Source: Lama glama
Taxonomy: Eukaryota
Assembly: GCA_028534125.1 (NCBI GenBank)
Contig: CM052817.1
Coordinates: 74,650,109 to 74,714,000, forward strand
Direction of reading: 5' to 3'
DNA length: 63,892 bases
Shown piece after piece: positions 37,339 through 48,587 of this stretch (positions within the stretch are counted from its first letter, which is position 1; each line of letters begins with the position of its first letter). A program made the position numbers and the translations under genes. The notes under the pieces are model-generated. The model was not told where the DNA came from. It saw only the letters and a program-made list of their open reading frames with translations, and did not search any database.

Positions 37339-37461
37339 CACTGAGTAATAAACCATTACTTGTTATTACATATGGTAATGTAATTATGTCACATTTATAA
37401 GTGCGTTGTATGTACACTGCATTGAGTAATAAGCTATTACTTATTATTACATGTGGTAGTG
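37339..37461 (+). repeat. Imperfect 42-bp direct repeat (37339-37380 and 37420-37461)
   Basis: cactgagtaataaaccattacttgttattacatatggtaatg vs cattgagtaataagctattacttattattacatgtggtagtg, 36/42 identical. Confidence 0.85.
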
Positions 37462-39103
37462 GGGAGCTGACTTCCCCGACAGTAAATAAATGTCTAGGCT
37501 GAGTTATGGGACCAGAGTCCTTGGGGTTAACAGACTGATCCCAGATTGAGCAGATGTGAAAAACTAAGGCCATATTAATCAAAGGCCATTTAATAGTATG
37601 TTAAATATAAGTTATCTCTTGAAACATAAAGCTAGAGACAGGGTTATAATCATTCTGTCGTATTGATTAAAGTGCCTCCTTTTAAATAAGTATTTAATCA
37701 AAATATATATTTTTATAGTTGGTTCCTTATTTTGAACACCATGGCTCACAAATAGTTTTTTAGAATGTGTTCATCCCTGTAGTACCACTGCTCTGTTGGT
37801 TGCTATGTGGGGATCCGAAAATGGAGAACTATGATATTTGGAGGAGATGAACAGTTTAATTCTAATTACTGATTCTTAGCTTAAATATTCACAACATAAT
37901 AGTTGGGCATAAATGCTAGATTCCCTATGGGAACTCATTAATGTAAAATGTTGTTTCAGATAATTCTTGCAAAAGTTAGCCTGAGCTTTTATTTTGTCTT
38001 TATCTTGTAGTAAGAAACCAGATTACATGGCTGAGTGAATCTGTCCAGGAAGTAAATCAGGCACTGTTGCAACCATCAATAACTTACTGTTCAGTTCACT
38101 GATATGGTAATTTTCTAAGCAGCATCGTAGTTTTAAATAGCTTATCAGTTGCTTCTGTAAGCATTATGGGCTTACAAGAGTTTCCTGATACATTAGGAGA
38201 CCCAAATGTGCAGAATCTGACATGATTTTTAAACACCTTCCTCCATCTACTATTACGTATTTAACTTTTAGGTGCCCTGCAGAATTGTCCATTTAGATAC
38301 TAATTCAAACACTGGCAATGTCAAGGGATATATTTTTTGACTATTCATTTTTACAAATGATAATTTTCATTATTTTATTGCTGTTGGCACCTGTTTTTGG
38401 TATATTCTTCACAGATACTCTCATTCCAAGCCAAACAGTCTAGTTTTGAAATTAAAATCACTACTGTTAGTGAGTTTGTCAGATCTATTCCTGAGTGCAG
38501 ACTTTGAAAGAGGAGGGAGTGAGCAGGAGCTTCTGAAAAATCAGCGGGACTGGAGACAGACTACCTAGTTTATAGTTTTGTTTACAGAATTTTTTATACC
38601 ACTTTCCAGGGGCTGTGGCAAAGTAGCAAAGTGGAAAAACATGGTCCTTTTCAGCCAAAAGGTCTTGGCTTTTCATCTTTTGGCCTTAATAGGTCTCTTT
38701 TGGACCAGGCTGGGAGTTGGCCTCGTTAAAATGAGGCCAGCAGTGCTTACCTGAGAGGGTTTGGGCGAACGAGAGCCCTGGCGGTACTTGGGGGTGCTAG
38801 CTGTTGCTGTATTGTGATAACTCTTGTCATTGAGGATGAGCTGTGACTGAATCACTGTCCCTTGCTGTTCTCCACATGGCAAATCAAAGAACAGTTTCAG
38901 GCGTATAGGAAGGACGTGGAGGAAATATCTTTGGCTTCACTTCTACTCACTTAGGGGTTGATACTTGGTATTTCTACTTCCATCTTGGGGATGTTTATTT
39001 AAATCCTTTCTTTCATCCTCTTTCTAACTGAAGTCGAAGAAGAATGACAAGTTAGTGAGATATGCAGACATTAGACTATCTCAGTGTCTTAAGAAATGAG
39101 CAG

Positions 39104-39191
39104 TGGGTAGGGTATACAGCTCAGTGGTAGAGGGCATGCTCAGCATGCACGAGGTTCTGGGTTCAATCAATACAAATATTAAAAAAAAAAA
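39104..39191 (+). mobile_element. Short tRNA-Ala-derived (vic-1-related) SINE with A-tail and 13-bp TSD
   Basis: gggtagggtatacagctcagtggtagagggcatgctcagcatgcacgaggttctgggttcaatc + A-rich tail; TSD aagaaatgagcag (39091-39103) / aagacatgagcag (39192-39204), preceded by TT. Confidence 0.88.
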
Positions 39192-39649
39192 AAGACATGA
39201 GCAGAGGCTGAAAAGTCTGTCTTGTAAGGGCAGGAGAATTAAGGAGTAGCCTCCTGGGACTTCTGAATGCTGACTTCTTTAGGCTTAGTCATATTATCTG
39301 TGGTTTTTCTGTCCTTTAAAAGGAGGAGCAGAAACTCCAGCCCTGGTTCTGCTGTCTCCACCCTGGTTCCTTCTCCTTCTATGCCTCTCATTCTGGAGGG
39401 ACCGTAGGGGACGCTCCAGGCAAATGGCTGCCTGCCTTCTAGCCAGAGTCTATCTGGGTTCCCTTCCACACGGAGGCCCTGCTGAACTAGATGCTAGATT
39501 AAGTAACCTATAACCCTCAAAAAAAATGGAAGATTTTCTTCTAAGATCTCAAGCGTAGACTCTGCAGTCAGCCTCAGTGTTCATCCTGACTTCTTCCCTC
39601 GTCTCTATAGTCTGCCTCAGTCGTAGCCTTTGTATAGTCCCTCATACTC

Positions 39650-39816
39650 CGTGGTATTGTTTCAATCTGAATCCCATCACGTTCTTGTTAAAACACGAAT
39701 TGTAGGGCCAGGTAGGAGGTTTGGGATGAATCTCCTAATTTGTAACAAAGTCCCAGGTGATGGTGGTGCTTTTTTGCTGCTGGTCTGAGGACTAAGCATA
39801 CTCTGGGAACCACTGA
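39650..39816. mobile_element. MER5A-like DNA transposon
   Basis: 'taacaaagtcccaggtgatg...tgctgctggtctgaggac...ctctgggaaccactg'. Confidence 0.7.
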
Positions 39817-40534
39817 TTCAGATTCAGACTATCTGTGTGTGGACTGGACATTTTAATTACATTTTGTGATATATTTTGTATGAGAATGATTTTTTTCCTG
39901 CTCATTATAGGCTACTTTTCTTCTAGAAAATGATTTTCAGTGTAAATTGTACCAACATAAATATATACACAAATCTAGATTTCAAGAACTAGAAGAGCCC
40001 TGGCTTCCATTTTCTGTCTGGAGAGCTCATTACCATACAATTCTGTTTTGTGAAATTACAGTGATGCTGTTGAATTATCAACCCTTGCTTTAAAAAGCAG
40101 ATCTAAATAGGACATCCGTGTGCAGCCATGTTCCTGATAGGCGAGATCTTCAGAACTAATATCCTTTAACTTCTCTCCCTATTTTCACTTGTCTCTACCG
40201 CCTTTTTTTTTTTTACAACATTCTAAGAATATTTTATCTCAAGTTAATATACAGCATTGAATCAAAGCAGGCTGTGATTTTAAAGTTTTATTACATAAAT
40301 GCCTATTTCTAAAATTCTAAGAAATTATATGCCAAAATTATTTTTGTTCTTACGTACAATCTTATATCCGAAATCTAGGAGCAAGCAGAATGTCTTTTAC
40401 TCTATATTGCTTTCCGTAAGTGCTCACTACCCATTGATCATTTTTCGTGTTTATAATATGTCAATACTATGAATGCAACAAAATGCAAAAGGGTCTGTTT
40501 TTTACACTGGTTTATATCAGCTTGCTTACTCGGG

Positions 40535-40757
40535 AAATTGACCCTTGAACAACACAGGGTTAGGGACCCCAACCCTCTGCACCCTCGAAAATCCATGTGT
40601 AACTTCCATTCGTCTCTATGTATATATTATCCACAGTTCCTCATCCCTGGATTCTATCAACCACTAATGGTATAATACTGTAGTGTTCACTGTTGAACAA
40701 AATCTATGTGTAAGTGGATCCACTCAGGTCAAACCCATGTTGTTCAAGGGTCACCTG
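40535..40757 (+). mobile_element. MER8 (TcMar-Tigger MITE), near full length
   Basis: TIRs ttgacccttgaacaac...gttgttcaagggtca; internal 'cgaaaatccatgtgtaact' and 'taagtggatccactcaggtcaaaccc'. Confidence 0.88.
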
Positions 40758-41346
40758 CATTTTTATATTGTGAGAACTACTTTATCTTTTTTACTGTGGT
40801 GGAAGGCATCTTTCTTATAAGTTAGCAAACCCTGAACATGCACATAAGCTTTACACGAGTCCTTGCCTGATAAACCCAGTCTGGACCTGGGCTGAGGGTT
40901 GCTTTGTAATGAATATTTCTGTAGCAAGAAAACAGGACAGATAGCCCAAGAGAAATAGGCTTTGAAGGGGTGAGACTTAGGTTTGAGACCCGTACACAAC
41001 CATGCAGAGGCCGGGTAAAGGAAGAGGAGCCTCCAAGAAGTCTGAGAAGTCACAACCAGAGGCAGGAAGCATAACCAGGAAAAAGGGGTGTCTTAGGATC
41101 CAAGGGATGGGTGTTTCAGGAAGGGAAGGTTCACAAGTTATTGCTGCTGAATCGTGTGTTTCCACATGTTAGTTGGGGATGTATATACGTGGTCATATGT
41201 CACTGGACCATTTTAGTTATTACTGGGTAGATAAGTAGAACAGAAAACCAAATTCATGCTCACCTTTAACAGTCAGCCTTGCATTTGCTGCATCAGACCA
41301 TTGGTAAAGGTGAAGGAGCACCGGCTAGAACCAAGCAGGTATATAA

Positions 41347-41506
41347 CAGTTAACTCTTGAACAACATGGATTTGAGCTGCATGGGTCTACTTGTATGTGG
41401 ATACGGAGGAACCAAGGATACAGAGGGCCGGCTATAAATTATACCGGGATCATAGACTGCAGGGAGGGTTGGCACCCCAGCCCCCAAGTTGTTCAAGGGT
41501 CAGCTG
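41347..41506 (-). mobile_element. MER8, opposite orientation, internally deleted
   Basis: cagttaactcttgaacaac...gttgttcaagggtcagctg; internal sequence is the reverse complement of the 40535 copy with the middle missing. Confidence 0.85.
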
Positions 41507-44409
41507 CATAGTCACGGTCTCCAGCTAGCCCCTGGGGAGACCACTTTCCCCTTGTGGGCCCGTTTCTTTATCATTAAGCTGTAGATAGGTGAGTGGGTGG
41601 GGATAGGACTGGTTTTTAAAGTTTCTTCCACTTCAGTGATGGTGTGAAATAAAACATTTTGAGCACCATACGTACATTAAAACACAGGCTTTCATTCTTA
41701 ACTTAAAACAGTTTTATTTCTGGTGCAGTTATGATGAAAGAACCAAAGTCAAGCAGACCTCTCTGTAAGTGTATTCTAAGTTCATAGAAGTGGGGGCTTG
41801 CAGAGGATGGACGAGGGATAGGTATGGAGGAGTACTGATTTTACAATTTATGTGTGACGAATCTTTGATTTTCTGGTGAGTCATTAAGGGATAATTAGAA
41901 ATAGTATTAAGAGAAATAATTTTTGCTTTTTCAAAATCTTATGATTAAAAATTCAAACCATCATTTAGTTCTGTTTTGCACAATATAGGTAATATAATTG
42001 AATTACCCCTTTTATTGAAGGATATTTTTCTGAACTGTAATCTTAAAGAGAATTTGTAAACATATCAAAGCATACACACCACTTGGTTTCTTCTCACTTT
42101 AAAGATTATATCTTTTAAGCTTTTTACGATAGAGAATTTGTGAATGAATTTTGTAAAATATTTTTCTTCTCCAAGGCAAAAATTGAAATAACAGAAAAAT
42201 GCTTAAAGCCTTTGCAAATTTGGCTTCATTTTGGTAAAGTGCATACTTAGTTGAATATTGTATAGAGTATTAAAAAAAGGAGAGAATTTGCCCCCCATGC
42301 TGCCAAAACTTAAATGTATCAAAACTTGGCTTAGTTATAATTAGAAATATGTGTAATATTGAGAACGGTCATCTGAGGCACTAAACACAAACCTGTTTTC
42401 TGTTAGCAATGCCTTACTAATGCATTTAGGTTTTTTTTTTCTTTTTACAGCTTATAGTTATTTCAGTTAAATTTTAAGTAACTTACTTCATGAATAAAAC
42501 TTCAGATGAGGCTCCTTGACTGGATTTTAACAGATTTAAAGGGGAAATTTATACTGGTGTGTGATCTGGGTCACTTTTCTGTTCTGAAGATAGAAAAGTC
42601 TCCATTGTTTTAAACTGTTTAGAAGTGTTCGATTTTCATAAGGACTCAAGTTAGGTAAAGATAAAAAGTGAGGCTATTTATCTGCTACTTTATTATGTGC
42701 AACCTATATTCAGTTGAATGCAGAAAAGTTCATTTTCCCAAAAAGCATATATGGGCTTCCTGTAATAATGTTTGAATATACATCGTTTATCCCTCTAGAC
42801 TTGCCTAGTAATAATGTCTTTTTTAAACTATGAGATTTAATGGAAATCATATGTAATATGTCATTTATGTGAGTTAAACTAAATCAGCTACTTAGGAGGT
42901 TAGGCTTATTTTGTTTCTAGTCCAAATAGCTTTTCGACAGAGATGACAGATCTGTGTAGCTATCGGCTTTATTCACGTGTTGTACATAATCAGTGCTGAT
43001 ACTGGTAACTTTACTTCTTTCAGCTGAATAGGGCCTCAAAAGTTTTATATCCAGTATTTGAGTACTTTTGTTTTTCTCCTTAAAAAGTCAGTATTAGGCA
43101 CTACTGGTTACTACCAGCTGAAGCCTCACACAGCTGTGTATTTAGCATTTAATCATGCTACGAATTGCTAATTAGGACATCAAACTGGACAAAGCGTACC
43201 CAGTGGAGTTGAGACAATACCGTTTTTGTTTGAAGAAACATAAATAAATAATCTTTACGCAGTCGTGGTTTCACCAGTAGGCATCTGTACCGAGTATGGA
43301 AAGGAGGCAATCTTTAGCAAAATGTTTTAACTCCCTGGGCATAATTTATCAATATCATCCTTTCACAGAAATTTATACTCTTTCTAAAATATGGCCAGCC
43401 TTAGTCAGAATGGTCAAGTTTACATGGGGCTTTTTGATTTCTCTTTCTAGTCTGCACTTTTCTTATTCTTCTCCCTTTCATTAGCCCCCAAACCCTGATA
43501 TCCACCCCGCCATGGCCCAAATGCATGAACTCTCTCTTGCTCTCCTCCCTCTGCTTTGTTCCACCTCTAATCTGAAACCCAGGGTAGCACCCTCGGTTAG
43601 CCTTCCTCTGGCTCAGGCTGTCCAGTGCTCCCCAATCCCCTTCTCCTTTTCTCTTATTAAAACCACCTTGTTTCCAAACCTCAGATGCAGTTACTTAGCT
43701 GTAGTCAAGATGAGGACGAAGAAATTTCTTCCATGCTGTGTTCCTGGCTGGTAGCAATTTAACGTATTGTCTTTCTAGGAGTAGTGAATATTTTATACGA
43801 AATCGGAAGTCTGGTGACAGTAAGACATGAGTCAGGAGAATCAATACCAGCCGTGTAATTAGTCTGGTGAGGAAGAGGGCAAGGTAATGGTTCCAGAGAA
43901 AGAGGGGCACACTCTGGGTGTCCCTAATACCAGTTCTTATTGCCCTCTCACTTGGGTGATTATACTCTTAAAGGTTCATGCTTACTCCGGGAAGGAGGTA
44001 ATGCAGCAGTTTAAGCCTTTTACAGCACCAGATCTCATACCCCTGTGAGTTAAGAGGTGATAGGAAGGTCAGGGGGCCCGACATGGTGCTAACGTCATGG
44101 GTGCTTAACACTCAGGGAGATTTCACTCTTCCTTTTCAGTTTGAGAATCAAGCAAGCCAGACAACTGCTGTGTTGAGAAGCTAAGATGTGCAGAAAGTGT
44201 TTAAATGCATTGAAAATGTGTCAGTGGCACAGATTTTCTTGAAAACTTTACTTGGTTGAGAAATATGCATTTGGGAAAGTAACTGATGACTGCCTGAAAT
44301 TCAGCAGGTACATCCTTAGCTTTACCTGTTGTTGTTGTTGCTGTGTTTAGCCTGTGTAGACTGGCTCTGCTCCACTAATTCATGTTGTCAAAGCTATGTC
44401 TGTGTAGTA

Positions 44410-44600
44410 GCAATAGATTCTGGGATTCAGGATTCTGGGATTCATTGTCACATGTCTGCCACTTACTAGCTTTGACATCATGGGTCTTGTCCCATGAAAT
44501 TTCCAGCTGCAGTTTTCTTACTTGTCAAACGAGAAGGTTAGTAATATTTTTGTCTGTATTAAAAATGTTCATTGAAGATCTCTCGAAATAACCTTTGTAC
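44410..44600 (+). mobile_element. MIR SINE
   Basis: 'tctgccacttactagctttgacatcatggg...cagttttcttacttgtcaaa'. Confidence 0.65.
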
Positions 44601-46544
44601 CTATAAATTACAGAGTATTATATAAAAGTAAAGGATTATTGAACCATTAGGTAGGAGATATACATTATGAATTTTTAGGAATTTATTATTTACCAAAATG
44701 AGCTGCATTTTTAAGAGAGCGTGTAGTGGAGGACCAAAGATCTGAGGTTTGATGCCGCCACTCCCACTAACTCCAGTAACACACCGGCTTTCCCTGGCAG
44801 TCTTGCTTATCTGGATGACAACCAAGGGCTAAAATCTAAGTCAAAAAAGACATTTGGGAAGCCAAAGTAAATGCCAAAATATCTCCAGGAACTAAAATTC
44901 GTATACTGACTCACAGTAGAGACCTTCTTCCCCCAGTGTTAATTTACTCTAATTATACACCTTTGAAACAGCTTGCTATTTTATTTCTAAGACTAAGAGT
45001 CAAACAAATCAATCGTTCATGTTGGCGCACTGAAAACAGTGAAAAGTCACAATTTAATAACCTGGCAGGAAAAAGAGACCCTTCCAGAGTAAATGTAAGG
45101 AGACTACAAGTTGCTCAAAGCGCACAGCCCTCTGGGGCCTTTTAGTGTAGCATCACTGAAGAGCTGAGATCATCACTCTGTTACAGAGACACAAAAACGT
45201 AATTAAGTTCATATGTTTGTAATCAGATAATTCTCTGTATAATCAAAGCATGAAGTATGTAGCATCTCTTATCAGTACGTCCATCAACAGTAGGCCTTAC
45301 TGTCTTGTAACCTAAAGTACCCAGAGAGATGCGGTTCACAACAGGCTTCGGGTAGCTTGTACTTGTACTTAAGGAACCCAGAACCACTTCATCAAGATTG
45401 GTCCAGTTTATTCATTTGTGAAATGAGGAGCTTCCGCTAAACTAACCTTTAGGATTACAGGCTAAAATATGTAACCTCATGTGTCTCTTCTGCCAGAATA
45501 ATACTGTATGTTTTAAAACTCAGCTAGATTTCTTGAAATCAGATTTTCCATAGAGGATATATGGTAAAGAATAGGCTGGTGTGCTTGCTTTATTCACTTC
45601 AACTAGCCAAAAATGCCTTTTATCTTTAAGATCAGGCCATAAAATAACACTTTAAAATTTTTACTTTTACATTTTTTAACGAATATACACAGAACGCTTT
45701 TTTTTTTTTTTGAAGAGACTGTGTTAGCTTCCAGAAACAGAAGGCTTAGCAAAGTGGGCTTGTGTCCTCAGGGAACTTGAGTGTGGTGAGAGAGACAGAT
45801 ACTAAACTTCTAATCACATTAAATGACATTTGTAAGTGCTACGAAGGAAAACATGGGACCTAAGGAGTGTGGCCTTAGAACCTAGAGTGGCAAATGGCCC
45901 CAAGGATGTTCCACTGTAGTTTTTCTATCCCTGGGTTCTAGATCTGTGCTGTAATGCTTACTGGGTAAGACCACCGCCTTATAATAAGACCCTCTGGGGG
46001 AGCCCAGAACTAAAGCTCTTCCAAAGGAGTAGTAATGCAAAGCTCAGGCTAGGCCAATTTGGAGCCATCCATCTGTCCCTCCCTCCACTTCTGTCCCTCT
46101 TTTCCTTCCTCTGCTACCCTTCTGTAATAATTTATTGAGGGTCACCATGTATGAGGCACATTTTAAAACTCATCTCCTTTAACAGGAAGCGGGACCTCCC
46201 TCTGCTACCCCTGTGGCTGAGGTTGTAGGTCGTTCTGATGTTTAGTTCCTGCTGAATATTCTCTACTTATTGGAAAGTTATTCCTTCCCATAAGCTGCTT
46301 GTTTGAGTGGTGAATTCTCTTTGTCATTTTTCTATCTCACAAACTTTTAGAGGTTGATTGTCACCTGCATATCCACCCTTTGGTCCAGCTGCCCTTCTTA
46401 GATATCTTACTGCAGAAGATTTTCCTAAGTGTCCATCCCAAGCTCACTGAGGCTTTCTAGGTCTCACAGACTTTCCTAATCTCCCTTGAGAACGTTACTT
46501 CATCCTTACAGAAGAAAATGCCTCGTCCTTCTTACCTAGATCCT

Positions 46545-46900
46545 TTGTTTATTCACTCATTTCCTTATTGAGCAATATTTGTTGATCACCTGCCTTGTGC
46601 GAGATACTCTATTCGATGCTGAGGAAACAATAAAATGTCATAGTCCCTAAACCTCCAAAGATCTTATGTGTGACCTGTAAGTTTTATAGCACGTTGGGAT
46701 TTCAATGCTGGTTCCACTTGGGAAAGAAAACCCCAGGTGGGAGGAAAAGACAGCCATCTCTGGCTCTCTGCCACCCTCTTTATCAGATTCCATTCACTTA
46801 GTTCTTTCCTTCATTAGGTCTGTTGGCAAATATTTATTGAGTGTTGGGCATTAGTCTAAATGCCATGGCCAAGTAGTGTGTTAACCATGCCCTTCTTTAA
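46545..46900 (-). mobile_element. LINE-2 3' end fragments (two pieces)
   Basis: 'gcaatatttgttgatcacctgccttgtgcgagatactct' and 'caaatatttattgagtg'. Confidence 0.55.
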
Positions 46901-47214
46901 AGGAACTGGAAGAGGCTGCCATCCCGAAACCTGACCTTATGGGCACTCTGATGTTGAATATGGACTTTCACGTCACCGTTATACCTCGGCACACAGTTGA
47001 GGCAGAGAGTGGAACTGGGATTATGTGCTGAGAAAGTAGTGCTGGGAAAGGCAGGCCCCCTGGACTTTAGTTAATATGGAATGAATAATCTGTGCCCTGT
47101 AATCATTCCGGTTTCTTTATTTTGCCTTTTCTTCTACTTTCCCTTGACTTTCCCCATAAGACCCAAACACCATTACTTTTGGAATCCATCTTTGCTGGAA
47201 CTGGAACTAAGGAG

Positions 47215-47410
47215 GCCGCCTGGTACTGGAATGGGCACAGGCTTTAAGGCCAGGCAGACCTGTTTTAATCGTGGTTTCACTATTACTAGTCTTAGGTTAT
47301 TGGGCAAGTTATTTAATTCCTCTGAACCTCAACTTTTTTATTCATGAAATAAGAAAAATAATTCCATTGTAAAAATAAACCCCATCAATTGTAAGTACTT
47401 GGCACATGTA
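47215..47410 (+). mobile_element. MIR SINE
   Basis: 'gcacaggctttaaggccaggcagacctg...attactag...ttgggcaagttatttaattcctctgaacctcaa'. Confidence 0.75.
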
Positions 47411-48587
47411 GACTTATTTTCCCTTGGTTGCCTAACATTGTCTCCCAGACAGAGCTGGCGGGAGGGAAAGGGGATCTCAGGTCAGCAGTGACTGGAACGG
47501 AGATGGCGGGTGCTTTGTTCAATGCATGGAACATATTGTTGACTTTACCTGCACATGACATTGACTTCACTTTGCTTTGCACTGTTTCGATCTCATAGAT
47601 TGATAATTTTCATGTAAAGAAACATTCTGAGGACTTTGCTTAGAAGAGAAGCATTCCTCAGGTTCCTACGCCTGTGACAGTCTTCAGGAGGAATACACGT
47701 ATGGCTATGGACCTCAGCAGATGCTAGCTGCCATCCCAAATAAATGAGTGTTATCAAAAATAGTGTTAAAAAATGATGTCCTAGGGCCACGTATTCCTGG
47801 ATTTTATTTAATTCAAAAATGTATCCTAGAAAATATCACCCTATAAAAAAGCCCTGAATTTTGTGGCACTTTAATCACTGTGGTCCATCTTAATTTCTAT
47901 GGAAAAAATTTTGCTAAACTTTTGACTGTTGCTGTGTTCAAAAACATAACAAGCAAAATCTAAATTCAAAAGCTAAAATTAATAAGCTTTTATAGGGTTA
48001 AGGATGAAGTTTGGATTAAAATTTTTCAGTGAATCTTTGTCAACTGATAATCAATTAATGAAAAAGGAAGCCCAACTGTTTGCAGCTTTGCCATCTTCAT
48101 CGATAATAGTGTTACTTTAAAGTTCAGCATCATTTTTAGTTTATTCCTTCCCTTTCTTCCAACCATGTGAGATATCTGTCCCTCCTTGTTCAATCTCACT
48201 TTGTTTCTATTGCCGTAAACAAAGCAGTACTTGAATTTGGATTGTGTTAAATTTTGGTCTGGTGACTGTTCTAAAGGACCCAATCATAGATTCCAATTCA
48301 TATGAGTGATGAGAAAGCAATGTCTTATCTAAAATTATTTGGTCTAGAAAATCTTCATAATATAATGTTAGTTTAAAAGATAAAAAGAGAAAAAGAATAT
48401 TTGTCTACAAACCTCAGCGGATATCAGATGCAGATTTATTCACACATATTTCTATGACTGGTGTTATAATGAGATTAAGACCCCAAGTGTTTTGATGATA
48501 TTTACTGATTCATAAAATGAGTTTAACCACTGAAAAAAATTTACACAAAAATGAGACAGGAGGATGGAGGAAAAAACTTTATTAAAT

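Noticed and set aside
37339..37461. CRISPR-like repeat-spacer-repeat
   Set aside because: Only two diverged copies in a mammalian intron, with no cas genes.
39104..39170. Functional tRNA-Ala gene (also considered for 30660-30732)
   Set aside because: Broken stems, missing or altered acceptor end, and A-tail plus TSD indicate retroposed SINE copies.
44416..44444. Tandem gattctgggattca duplication, and similar micro-duplications near 22270 and 53492
   Set aside because: Ordinary slippage-scale duplications with no sign of function.
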